Shown here in pieces: positions 47,885-60,261 of a DNA stretch of 64,000 nucleotides (position 1 is the first letter of the stretch; every line of letters begins with the position of its first letter). This DNA is from Octopus sinensis (Eukaryota). Both the position numbers and the translations under genes were made by a program. The notes beneath the pieces are model-generated. The model saw only the letters and a program-made list of their open reading frames with translations. It was not told where the DNA came from and did no database searches. The stretch lies in assembly GCF_006345805.1 (NCBI RefSeq), contig NC_043001.1, positions 37,200,001 to 37,264,000 of the forward strand. The letters run 5' to 3'.

Positions 47885-50800
47885 GTAAGTTTATCAATAC
47901 TAATCATTAAATAGATAACAAGATTCAAACAATGCATGCTAATATTTTTTTAAATAGCATACACTAACACAATTTAAGACGGGTTCAATTAATGTGATGT
48001 GTGTTAATGTACTACTCAGGTAAGTAAAAAGAAATGTAATATCCTATAACCCTGATTGCACAGAATTGTCTTCCACAAGACAGAAGCATGGTATATCTAG
48101 AGCAATAGCTTCTGTAGATCGCATCCAGTAGCTATATTGAATACTCACATGTTAGCTCAATGATGTCTGACTTAAGACTACGTCATCAAAATACATTACA
48201 GAAAATTTTGTTTCTCTGTAGCGATTAAAATAACCATTTTTGACAGTGGTTTTCCGTTGATGTCTTCAAGTCTGTGAAAAAAATTGACGTTTAGAACTGC
48301 AAACTAACAAAACATTCGCCAATTATTCAATACCCCTCTCTAGTACTTAGCGTTACTTACTAAAGTAAATGTAAGTTTTCCATTGCAAATATTTACAAGG
48401 AAGTCTAAAGAGTTAACTATTCTAGGACACTTGTGTAAAGCACATACTTTGTGTGCATAGTACATCCTCTGTCAATCTATTTAATAAAACGATAATTAAA
48501 TAGGTGTTTAAGTAATTAGTTACATACGAAGTGAAGGCAAATAAGTTTTAAATTTAACGATCCATTGAAATAAATAAAACATGAGAGACTATTTCGAGAA
48601 TGAACTGAGAGAATTTAATTAAAAAATGAAAGGGAGCATGCATTGAAGAGTAATTCTGATCTTTGGCAAGTAGAGTGACAACTCTGCACCTGTTTCGGTC
48701 TTATTACACCTTCTCAGTAAATCATAGTTTTTACCAGAAATTGCTAGATCGGAATCTGATAGCTATATAATGAATTTGAGTAAATAAACACTGATGGAAG
48801 TAGCAGCTTATAATAAGGGTTGGAGAAGGTTACCCAGGAACGCCTACTATTATCTTTAAAAAGAGCAAATAGTTAAGTGGGAATTAATATAACAAGTCGA
48901 AAATGGGCAGTTGATTAAAATTTCACCTGTAAAGATGAGAGAAAAAGATCATTCGTATAAATATATTAATTCTACTCATGGAAGGGGTGGGAAAGAACTC
49001 CGGAACTTAAATAGTTTAATCAAAATTTGTGTGCAGTGGAGTGTTAGCTGTAAGTTAAAAGATATGGGGTTCATTTCATCCGTAAGCAATTTATTTTTAC
49101 ACTTGTAAATTCACTTTTAAATAAAGTACAGAAAAAAGATTCTCAGTACAAATGTAAAGACGATTAGATTAAGAATGTTCACGAAAAGAGTTGGGAAAAA
49201 GAAAGCTAAATTATATATATCAAGAATGGGTCATAAAATATTAAAGTAAGCCTGTATAGATAGTCACCTCGTAGTTCCCAGAGAATTTCGAAGTTTAAAT
49301 TTCAAATTCTTCATCAAGAGTAGGTAGTGTGAAGTAAAACGATCTTCGTCGAGTGGTTATGCAAACAAAAAAGACAAACAACAATCATAAGAAAAGTATG
49401 TATATGGAAAGTTGTGTAAACTATTACATGTGTAAGCAATCAAGTTTTATCTTTACAGTTGTTTCGGATTATAAATGACTGGTACTATAACCATGCATAT
49501 TAATATTACGTTATGAAGTCTATAATATTTTAGGTATACAAACACTGTTCTCTACTAAGCTATTTTTCAGTGTCTTCTGATGAGGTTATTGTGATTGTGT
49601 TTCAAGTTTCTTTCAAAATCCGTACCTGTTCACACACCTATAATTTTATTGAACTTCATTACATAATATACATGTTATATATAGCACCAGTTGTTGATTA
49701 TCTGAAACAGCTGTAAAGCTAAGACTTGATTGTATCGTGTAATTCTATATGCGTATTTCCATATAAATATATTCGTTATGCCAGACCTAACAAGAGTTAT
49801 GATTTTAAATACTACCAGATCAGATCTAAAGTGTGTAATTTAATTTCCATCAGATTGGTTTTAACTTCAGTCTCATAGAATCAGAGTAAGATAAGTAATA
49901 GTGAGATAACTGTTAACTATCAGAATGAAGCTGGCTATAGTCTGTTAAAACTGACACTAAGTACCAGTGTTCTTCTACTTGACAGGCTAGGCTGTCTTCT
50001 TTCTACTGATTACTGCGATGCTGGCAACTTCAAGGCAGAATGGTTACAGCTTCAATCTTTCCGAAGGTGTAGCCTGGGCGCGAATGAACATAACACAACA
50101 GGTCTGTTCCACCCTATTTCGGACTACCTCCCACGGCAAATTTATTTCCTGCATCGCAAATTTAACCTTTTATAGTACACTATTGGCTTTTTCCCCTCCA
50201 TCAAAACATTTTCAACCGAATCAAATTTTGCTTTTAATAAACTGCGAAGAAAAATATCTCTTTTGTCTGTCATTTCCTGTAGTTGATTAACTGAGGCTAC
50301 AAATTTATATCAAGTACAAGTAACCTGCGGCACGCGGCCCTTTATGTTTTCACTTATGGCACGCGTAACATCATCGTTATGTTTAAATATAACCTTTTAC
50401 TAAAATTTTGTTGCGTTACCTTCAAGTCCGTCTATTACTTTGAATAGTTTCGTTTCTGTCTCACGTGCTCTCTCACGATTAAATGTTTATGATTTGCTTA
50501 GTTTAATATATCATGTACAGTGTAGTTCATACGATGTTTGTTAATTTTCTCTTTTAAAGGTGTGACCCAATGATTGGTTATATCCCATTAGGTCTACTAT
50601 TAGAAAAAAATCTGCCAGATTTATGCCAAAGTTCCTTAAAGAATGTAATTTTCTTCAGTTTTTCAATTCGTCTTTCTTATTATTGTCTTATTGGAGCGAA
50701 ATATCCGAATATGTTTCTTTGTTATTTCTTGGGGGTCGGGAACTTAATTGCACATGTAACAGTAGTGGATAGGTGACAGACCGTCTAGAAAAATCTTTTT

Positions 50801-51894
50801 CGAGATAGCCTAATAGTCCAAAATCTAGAACTGGACATTATCTAAGTGTGCATTTGTGTTGGTAAAGATATTTAACAATTTTATGAGTGTTTTCCTTTTG
50901 GAAATTATCAGATGCAGCCAGTGATAATTTTCTGTGTTTTACACCACTGCACACAGGCGCGAGAAAGTGGAAGAAAAAGAAAGAGAGAGGGGGGAGTGAG
51001 AGGACATTCCATAAAGCGTTTTTGCAGTTCTCTAAACAACAGAGAGCATTGATAAATTGTTTAGCTTGTTTATTTTAAACAATTTTGAACGTGTTCGTTA
51101 CTTATTTCCACTTTCGAAAATACGTTTTCACGCACCAAGTTTATCATTCTTAATGTAAAATAAACATGAAATGGGTCTAAAATAAACTTCATATTCCAAA
51201 CAATACTTTTACCTAAGGTTCCATTGCAGTACGGTAGACCACTTCCCAGCAAGCCCAATACGCAACCCGGATTCCTGACTGAAATTATTTCTCTTCGCTT
51301 ATATCACCGATGTTCTTGAGAAAGGCATGAATGTTACACAACCTCGTTTCTCCACTCCGCTATAAATCTGAGATTATGAACCAATGTTAGAAAACAGTAC
51401 TCCATTTCATTGTTGCTTTTCTGTCAGACATTCCCTCACAAACTACTCCGTGTTGCACTTTTGAAATATTTTGCATATAACCTAAAATCTACTTTTACTC
51501 TAAAAGTTCTTACTGCTATGAAGCAGTTAAATACAAGCATTTATATCTTATAAAATATTTACTGTTTTCTCTATTTCTAATATCACGCAAAAATTTTTCG
51601 TCTATTTATCTGGATATGGCTTTTTCCCCACTGCGTTTTACAAACATATTTTCCCCCAATCACTTGTCACTCTTCCCTCAATTGCTGTTTTTTACAAAAA
51701 TAACTGAATTTTTTTTTTGTTTTTGCGTAATATTAACACAAAAACAAAACCACTGAAATATTCCCTTCCTGTTCATTTCCCAGTTTCCAGCTTTAATTTC
51801 TTTTCTATACTTTTGTCGCTCCCCTTTTCTACCTTATCATTTTTAGGAATTCACAATAATACTGTTCCATTGCTACTACCACCAATAATAATAA

Positions 51895-52040
51895 TAACTG
51901 CTTCTACATTAGAAACAAAGCCAGAAAATTGTGTGGGCTGTACAGCCGATTATATCAACACCAGTACTTTATTAGTACTTCACTTCATTGTCCCCAGAGG
52001 GATAGAAGGTAAAATTGACCTTGGAGATATTTAAACTCTA
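51895..52040 (-). mobile_element. Degenerate family A SINE
   Basis: gattatatcaacaccagtact..agggatagaaggtaaaattgaccttggagatatttaaactc. Confidence 0.5.
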
Positions 52041-52144
52041 ATTATAAAGAGCCAAAACAAATGTCGCAAGACATTTTCTTCCGTCACACAAACAATAACT
52101 GAGGTACATTTAACAGAATACCAGGAAAAGTATAATGGATCTAG

Positions 52145-52408
52145 CAGATTCACAATGGTCAACGTCCACTCTCTCTCTCTCTCTCTCTCTCTGAATCCAA
52201 TCTCTGAATCTCTCTCTCTGAAGCTTTAACAATCCAATGGGTCGGCCGTGTCCTGTTACTAGTGTCTATGACTTTGCACTTTTCAATCCATCCTACCTAC
52301 CTGTGAGTAAGTACCATTGGCTAAAATAACATATATGAAACAGTAACAGCAGTAGAAGTATCGTAAGGTTGATGTGTCCCTCTTTAATTTGCTATGTTGA
52401 ATTCTAGT
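52145..52408 (+). repeat. Direct repeat copy 1 (partner 55591-55816)
   Basis: cagattcacaatggtcaacgtccactctc..gaattctagt; about 90% identical apart from the CT-tract expansion. Confidence 0.9.
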
Positions 52409-52667
52409 GGTACGTTTCATTCAGAACACCAGAACACGTTTAGCTGATAAAACAGGGTAACATTTAAAGTGGTAGGCAACCACTTGGCTGCAAAGGAAAA
52501 TCCTTTAACACCGGGGGGAAATTAGGAGAGCAGTGAAGTATAACTGCCTATGTAATACACTGATTTATTTGTAAATCTATTGATTCTTACCTCATATAAT
52601 ACTGGGTGGCAACTGAATACCACGAGTAAACAATCAAAGCTCTAGTCATACCAGATACACACACATA

Positions 52668-53037
52668 CATTCTTTTACTTGTTTTACTTTGACAGCGGTC
52701 ATGCTGCAGCACCACCTTAAAACAACGGACCCCAGGACTTATTTTTCGTAAGCCTAGTACTTATTATATCGTTTTTCTTTTGCCAAACCGCTAAGTTACG
52801 GGGACGTAAACACACCAACATCGATTGCCAAGCGATGGTGGAGAGATAAACACGATACACGCATAAATATATATATACGACGGGCTTCTTTCAGTTTCCG
52901 CCTACCAAGTCCACCCACAAGGCTTTGGTCGGCCTGAGACTATAGTAGAATACACTTGCCCAAAGTGCCACGCTGTGGGACTGAACTCGGAACCATATCG
53001 CTAGGTAGCAAGCTTCTTACCACATCGCCACGCCTGC

Positions 53038-53038
<1 letters not shown>
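52668..53038 (-). mobile_element. Family B SINE, near full length
   Basis: cgacgggcttctttcagtttccgcctacc..cacttgcccaaagtgccacgctgtgggactgaactc. Confidence 0.88.
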
Positions 53039-53083
<45 letters not shown>

Positions 53084-53084
53084 A

Positions 53085-53226
53085 GTCGAATAATAAAGAG
53101 AAGTTCTTGATATTATTATATATATATATATATATATATAGTCGAATAATAAAGAGAAAGTTCTTGATATTATATAATATATATATATATATATATAGTC
53201 GAATAATAAAGAGAAAGTTCTTGATA

Positions 53227-53289
<63 letters not shown>

Positions 53290-53393
53290 GAATAATAAAG
53301 AGAAAGTTCTTGATATATTATATATATATAATATATATATATATAAGTCGAATAATAAAGAGAAAGTTCTTGATATTATATATATAATATATA

Positions 53394-53431
<38 letters not shown>

Positions 53432-53458
53432 GAATAATAAAGAGAAAGTTCTTGATAT

Positions 53459-53489
<31 letters not shown>

Positions 53490-53518
53490 ATAGTCGAATA
53501 ATAAAGAGAAAGTTCTTG

Positions 53519-53567
<49 letters not shown>

Positions 53568-53878
53568 GTCGAATAATAAGAAAAGTTCTTGATATTATAT
53601 ATATATATATATATATAGTCGAATAATAAAGAGAAAGTTCTTGATATTATTATATATATATATATAATATATAGTCGAATAATAAAGAGAAAGTTCTTGA
53701 TATATATATATATCTATATATATATATATATATATATATAGTCGAATAATAAAGAGAAAGTTCTTGATATTATATATATATATATATATATAATATATAT
53801 AGTCGAATAATAAGAGAAAGTTCTTGATATTATATATATATATATATAGTCGAATAATAAGAGAAAGTTCTTGATATT
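53085..53878. repeat. 13-unit tandem array: ~30-bp core GTCGAATAATAAAGAGAAAGTTCTTGATAT separated by variable (TA)n
   Basis: Unit starts 53085, 53141, 53198, 53287, 53347, 53429, 53493, 53568, 53618, 53674, 53741, 53802, 53849. Confidence 0.95.
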
Positions 53879-53885
53879 ATATATA

Positions 53886-53992
53886 TTTGAAAGGATGAGT
53901 AGAGATGGCTTTTTTGAGGGGATAATTTTTCTTTTAATCTTAATAATAATGTTTATCCCCTCAAAAAAGCCATCTCTACTCATTCTTTCAAA
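53886..53992 (+). other. Hairpin: 40-bp stem, 27-nt loop (candidate pre-miRNA / dsRNA element / MITE relic)
   Basis: 53886-53925 vs 53953-53992 have 39/40 Watson-Crick pairs; the remaining pair is G-U on the + strand. Confidence 0.6.
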
Positions 53993-53998
53993 CAAACA

Positions 53999-54045
<47 letters not shown>

Positions 54046-55590
54046 ACACGCGCGCACAGTGCAACGTCAAAAGCAAATAAACAGTACCTGACGAAGTTGA
54101 TAATGATCTAAATAAAAAGTTGGATTTAAGTCTTGCAAATGAAACAAAAGCAAAAGAAACATGAGGAGAATATGTTTTTATTCTGTGGGCGTAAGCTACA
54201 GACACGCTCGGCCTCAAAGTGAAATGGTGACGGTATTCTTGAATAACATTTTGAGAAAAAAAATAACCTTGATCTAAACGTAACGCTGGATCCAAATAGA
54301 CTTGCTAACTTAAGAAGATGCATTCACAACATCTAAAAATATCTAATTTGAAATGGGACATTTAAAGATATAATACATGACGAGAAATAAATAAATAAAT
54401 AAATAAATAAATAAACTAAAGCATAAAAAAAAACACTGAGAATGTAAACCACAGGGATAGACCTAGCACCTACAAAACAAAGTGAATAATAAAACACAAC
54501 AAAATCAAACCCTAAAATACCTGCAAACTGCTGGACCACAGAAACCGGTTCAGGACAACACAAACAAAAGTATGAATAAAGTAGACAATGACGAATATCT
54601 GAAAATAGGAAATTCTAAAGACAGAAATCACAAATATGGCAATAATTTAAAAGCGGAGATAATTGAAGAATTGAAACCGATAGAACTTTGAACGAACTAA
54701 CGAAAGTACCTCCCGATGAAATAGCAACAACAACGACAAATACAAAACTGGTATCACAGATTTAGTAAAAACAGATACGAACATCAATATCACTAGCATA
54801 AACGAAATAATATAAGCAGCTATAAAGTAAAGTTGGTACTCACTCGAATCTATCCATACCGAAATATCAAAATCACTGTAAGCATGTACAATAAACATTC
54901 AGAAAAATATAGGAAATAAAAGATCTCTTAATCCTGAGGGTAACTGTAACCCCCTTTTTCTCGCTCGTGAAGTAAAGGTAAATTACTTTCCTCTTCGCCT
55001 ATTCTAGTATGAACCTTTCGAGCAAGGATGCACTTCTTTTGGCGACATACTGCTTTCACGTTGAACATGTTTGGCCCGGTAGCTAAATAATGTCTATCCT
55101 TTAGCAACACTAACAGATGTTGTTGCCTCTGCTATTGTGCTTGTTGCTGCTATCGTTATTGTTAATGCCATTGCTTTTAATCGTATAAATGAATGTTTCT
55201 TTCTTAATTTTTTTTTTCATTTGACAAAGTGTATGTGTCAGTTTAATTGAATTGTTTTCTTTCTCTTTTTTTTCTATTTGTACTTTGTTTTGTTCAATGT
55301 TAGTTTTCTTAAGGTCGTTTCTAACTGCCCTAGAATAGGGAATGATACTGAAATTAATGTGAACACGAAATGAAAACTTAATGTCTACTCCAGATATTGA
55401 AATAAACATCCAAACGTTTCGAAGACGTTTGCGAGTAAAATAATTTCATGGCAATGATTAACATATAAAACACCTAATACGAAATCATTACACCTAAAAC
55501 GAAATCAATTGGAACACAAATTGAAAAGTGGCAACCAAATAGAAAAGATCCAACAAAGTTTATATAAAGACAAAAAACGAGACGTCCTAA

Positions 55591-55816
55591 CAGATTCACA
55601 ATGGTCAACGTCCACTCTCTCTCTCTCTCTGAATAGCCTTAATAATCCAATGTGTCGGCCGTGTCCTGTCACTAGTGTCTATGACTTTGCACTTTTCAAT
55701 CCATCCTACCTACCTATAAGTACCATCGGCTAACATAACATATATGAAACAGCAACAGCAGTAAAGTATTGTAAGGTTGATGTGTCCCTCTTTAATTTGC
55801 TATGCTGAATTCTAGT
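55591..55816 (+). repeat. Direct repeat copy 2 (partner 52145-52408)
   Basis: As for copy 1. Confidence 0.9.
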
Positions 55817-56159
55817 CCGCCTGTCTGCTCGTCTTCGAAACAAAAAATGGCTAATAGAATGAACCCCAACAGGAAACCCAAGGTACAGGACACCAAAACA
55901 AACTAGTTTCATGTTTTCTTGATGGTAGTCCTTACATTAAACTAAATATCGAAATGAATATGCTCTACAATCCTACAGACTACACTATCAAGCCTAAACA
56001 GGGATTTTGTTTCCCATGCGCAACAGACGGGTTCTGAGTCTGAAGGTTAATCAAGTTACTGCAATCGCTTTTCCTGCATTTGTTTATTCGTGAGAGAAGC
56101 TTGTATATGTACTTAAGAACTTTTCGTTGATTCCACTAATAGAACAAATAAAAACATTG

Positions 56160-56206
56160 GCATAATTTGTTTCGTTCGTTCGTTCGTACGTACGTACGTA
56201 CGTACG

Positions 56207-56242
<36 letters not shown>

Positions 56243-56285
56243 CACACACACATACACACATACATACATACATACATACATACAG
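56160..56285. repeat. Graded tetranucleotide tract (TTCG)(TACG)(TTAC)(CA)(TACA)
   Basis: Direct reading. Confidence 0.85.
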
Positions 56286-57315
56286 TTGAACACCAATTTT
56301 GCCACGCCATAGTTTTCGGGATGATCTTTTACAATATTTATTTTGTAATTTCTCAATATTTGTCTGCAACTAGCATGATATCTTTGTTCAAGTTGTGCTT
56401 AATTTTTTTTTTTTTTTTATTTATCGCCTTTCATCCCGAACAAGTCAATATGAAATAGTGTTTTAAATACCATATCCATAGGTTGTATATCACTGACAGT
56501 ATGGGAAATCAAAAAAAAATTCTTGGCCTTAAGAATTCCTGCAACTTGTTAGTGGAAGCGGAGGGGAGTAATTAACAAAATGGCTCTAATTTAATTCAAT
56601 TCAGTGTTAATTCAGATCTGTGTATAAAACCAGAAGTATTGTTGAACAAAAGCTGGTCTTTCGTACATAGTTTTCAAGTTAATATCCCGCTTCAAGCATT
56701 TATTTGTATCTCTGGGAAGGAAAATTAATTATATTTATCTCAGTTTGCATTCAAGGCTAGGATTTGGGATTCGTGATCATCAAGTCATAGATTTAATCTC
56801 GAACCAGTCGGCGCTTTTTTTTTTTTTTTTTTTTGAGCGAAGCACTTCGTTTCATGTTGCTCCAGTATATTTAACTTAAAATTAATTCCAGCGGAACCTA
56901 GAGGTTACTCCTACAACAGACTGACTGGCATTCCTTCAACACCTCGAAATCCAGACAGTTTCTTACTTCATTAGCCTCTAGGCTCGAAATAGATGAACAT
57001 TACTGTAGAATAGTTACCAAGTCTTTTGAGGGAAGCTTCCTATGCAGAAAGAAAAGTATGTGGCATATTCGGATAACGCTACAGTAAATAACTCTTATGG
57101 TTCATGAAAAGATAAATTTAGTTTATTGTGTTTGTGAGAAAAACAGATTAGTCATGACCAACGTTCAAGAAGTCAGATATCTAGGGATTTGTAATAGGCT
57201 TAGTTAAACAGAACCATCGTATCTGCTACTTTGTTAGTCTCAAGTTACATACACATTATATAATTACTATCCATTTCCCAGAGTGAAGATTAACAAGTCT
57301 ATAGGTAGTCAAGAA

Positions 57316-57655
57316 GCGGTGAGCTGGCAGAAACGTTAGCACGCCGGGCGAAATGCTTAGCGGTATTTCATCTGCCGTTACGTTCTGAGTTCAAATTTCG
57401 CCGAGGTCGACTTTGCCTTTCATCCTTTCGGGGTCGATATAATCAACTTAATCCGTTTGTCCCTTCTGTGTTTAGCCCCTTGTGGGTAGTAAAGAAATAG
57501 GTATTTCGTCTGCCGCTACGTTCTGAGTTCAAATTCCGCTTAGGTCGCCTTTGCCTTTCATCCTTTTGGAGTCGATTAAATAAGTACCAGTTACGCACTG
57601 AGGTCGATATAATCGACTTAATCCGTTTGTCTGTCCTTGTTTGTCCCCTCTGTAG
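57316..57655 (+). mobile_element. Family A SINE dimer
   Basis: gcggtgagctggcagaaacgttagcacgccgggcg.. then gtagtaaagaaatag|gtatttcgtctgcc restarts a second unit. Confidence 0.88.
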
Positions 57656-58261
57656 TTCGAATCTGTAACCACAACTGCGTTAGGATCACTTAACTTTCAA
57701 CGATAGAGTCCATCCAACTTTAAATTGGTTGTTAATGTTGTTTAACCCCGAGTCATCTCTTTTCAAAAATATCTCTGACCAAAGGCGTTTCCATCGTAAC
57801 CATCCCGTCTTTTTGTATATCAGGGACTACATTGACCGAATGACCTTTATTAAAGATAGGTTGCGACCTGAAGGGGTTTAGCTTCTATTTCTAGCAAGCA
57901 CGTACAGTATCCTTCAGAGGCTCATCACTCCTATAATTCACAGTGCTCCAAAATCGTCATTTGGTTTACAAGTGCTGAGTTCAGTTTCTCAAGTGATAGA
58001 CCCTACTAGTATAGTCTAGCATCATATCCAGGAACAGGCGTTTTCCGATGATTTAATGCTGCAAGAAATTGAGGTATGCACCTTTCCCAACCATCCTTGT
58101 AATTTGAAGAAGGAAGCAATTACTGGAAAATAAAATAAATTTTATTTTATTCTATCCAACAAGATTTTTGACTACATCTGTTGATATTGTTTTGAATCAT
58201 TCTGATATTATGAAACGCATTCCTGAATATATGATAAATTTTGCTTTAATTTCCTTTTTAG

Positions 58262-58493
58262 CTCACCAATTTATGAATCCTTTAAACCGGTTCTGGGTAG
58301 ATACAAGTGGCCCTATACTTCAACAATGCAGTCCAACATCTCCTGTGGCCGGCTGGCCAAAGAACAACAACGGCAAAACGATACATCCACGAGTAAAGCA
58401 TGCAGTGAAGCTTCCGGTCGGTCCCAAATGCTGAGACTTTCTCTTCATGCAAACATCATCTCTCAGTTCTTAGCTGAACTTGAGAACATGTAA
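58262..58493 (+). CDS. Probable terminal exon F (phase 2): (C)SPIYESFKPVLGRYKWPY..MLRLSLHANIISQFLAELENM*
   Basis: tttaatttcctttttAG acceptor at 58260-61; tg+c=Cys matches the exon E phase-2 donor; 76 open codons to TAA at 58491-93; locally GC-richer; not in the ORF track. Confidence 0.65.
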
Positions 58494-60129
58494 CTTCCAA
58501 AGCATTAATGATGCTCAACAGACAAACAAGTGGAGCAAACGGTTTCATATGATCCAAGGACTTTTATCTAATGAGCACGAATACGGTTTCATTCTAAAGA
58601 GCTACTAATTAGCAACAAGTATTTCATCATCGGCAATACATTCAAGGATACACAAATTATTGGAGTACACTTATTTCTAATTATCTTCTGCTTTCAGAGA
58701 AGCAAAAGTAAATCTCCACAAAAAAAAAGAAACAAAATAAGTGGGGATTAAAAGACGAAGAAAAGACAAAAAGTGTGCGTGTATGTGAGAATGGGTATGT
58801 GTGTATGTGTTTGTGTGAAAGAGAGAGAGAGAGAAAAAAAATGAATGGTTATAAAGTATTCATTTCGTCAAACTCACTCGGATTTTGTCTTCTTTCTGCC
58901 ATGTTATTTCTGGGTAATTGAAAACCATTAGTAAATGGTTAAAACTTTGGAAACGAACCTGATCTTACCCGTTTTTGTGTGTGATAAAATGTACAAAAAG
59001 TACTGTAAAAAGAAAGAGTAATGTATGTTATGTACACTGTCTTTTTCACTTCCGCTTGTAGCACGCGATCCATGGCGTGTTCGATTGAGTATGTACCTAT
59101 GTATGTACATCTTTACATTTACTGTTATTTATAATGGATTTCTAATGGATAAAAAAGACTACCGTTGATAAACTCATTCATCGGCATTCACATCCCAACT
59201 GTATTTACAGTTCAAGAGAAGGATCAAGCATCTATCATATTTAAACTATATTGTATCTATATATTTTTTCAGAAGCAACGAAATGTATTTATTTTTTACA
59301 TATGCAAAAAAAAAAACCAATTTTTATCGGTATAGGTTACAGATGATGGAATCGAAGCAATCTTTCACTGGTATTTTTTTTACATAATTCAGGAAGGATG
59401 CAAGATATCTTGAACTCAGAACCTAAAGGAACAAACTGTTTCTCTTACCTGTCTCTATTTTTACCAACACCTCATCCGTAACAAAATACATTACTTTAAT
59501 CCATTTTTTTTTTGTTCCTTTCTTTTTGCCTTATCTCATTTTCTTATTAAAGAATCATTATTCTCAATTACGTCTGCTTTCCAAGCTTGTATGGGTTGGG
59601 CTAGTTAACACAATCCGAGTCATTTTTCTATTGGGAATTGCTGCTTTCATAAACTTGTGCTTATATGTCAGTCTGATTGGCTTCTACGACGGGATGCCCT
59701 ACTTATCACCAACTACTTTACAGAGTGTATTTTCTCATGGTACAGTACTGGGGAGGTCGACAAGTTCTCGGCGATAACAGTAGAGACATCAAATCATAAA
59801 TTCTTATATTAAATCTCCCTAATCAACTAGCAATCAGAAACTGCGCCCAATGCTTGTATGTGTAGTGTGACTGCCTCCATCAAATTAAGTACATTGCTAT
59901 ATTGCCTCACAAGAGGTAACTACATTATTCTACCAAACCCAATAAATTAAAGTATCACTCTTGTACCTTATCTACAATGAATTCAGAGCCAACCTGTTTT
60001 ATTGTTTATTTAATTTTATATAATACATTTGGTGAACCATAGCATTGTTGCTTAAAATTTTCGAAAAGACAAATCACTGGTTCACTGTATTTCCAATGGC
60101 AAAAGTGACCAGGGCATGTCTATGCAATT

Positions 60130-60258
60130 TGCATGATACTTATTTTATAGTCTCGTATTTATTCTATTGGTCTCTTAAGCCGAACTGTTAAGTCATGGGG
60201 ACGTAAACAAATAAACACTGATTGTCAAACAATAGGGGACAAAGACACACATACACGA
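60130..60258 (-). mobile_element. Family B SINE fragment
   Basis: ttattctattggtctc..gccgaactgttaagtcatggggacgtaaaca..gattgtcaaac. Confidence 0.65.
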
Positions 60259-60261
60259 TGG

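Noticed and set aside
53085-53878. CRISPR array
   Set aside because: The intervening sequences are only (TA)n, the core is not palindromic, the context is eukaryotic and there are no cas genes.
58168-58434. 88-aa ORF from the track
   Set aside because: It overlaps the acceptor region; the alternative frame from 58262 fits the exon E phase and is preferred.
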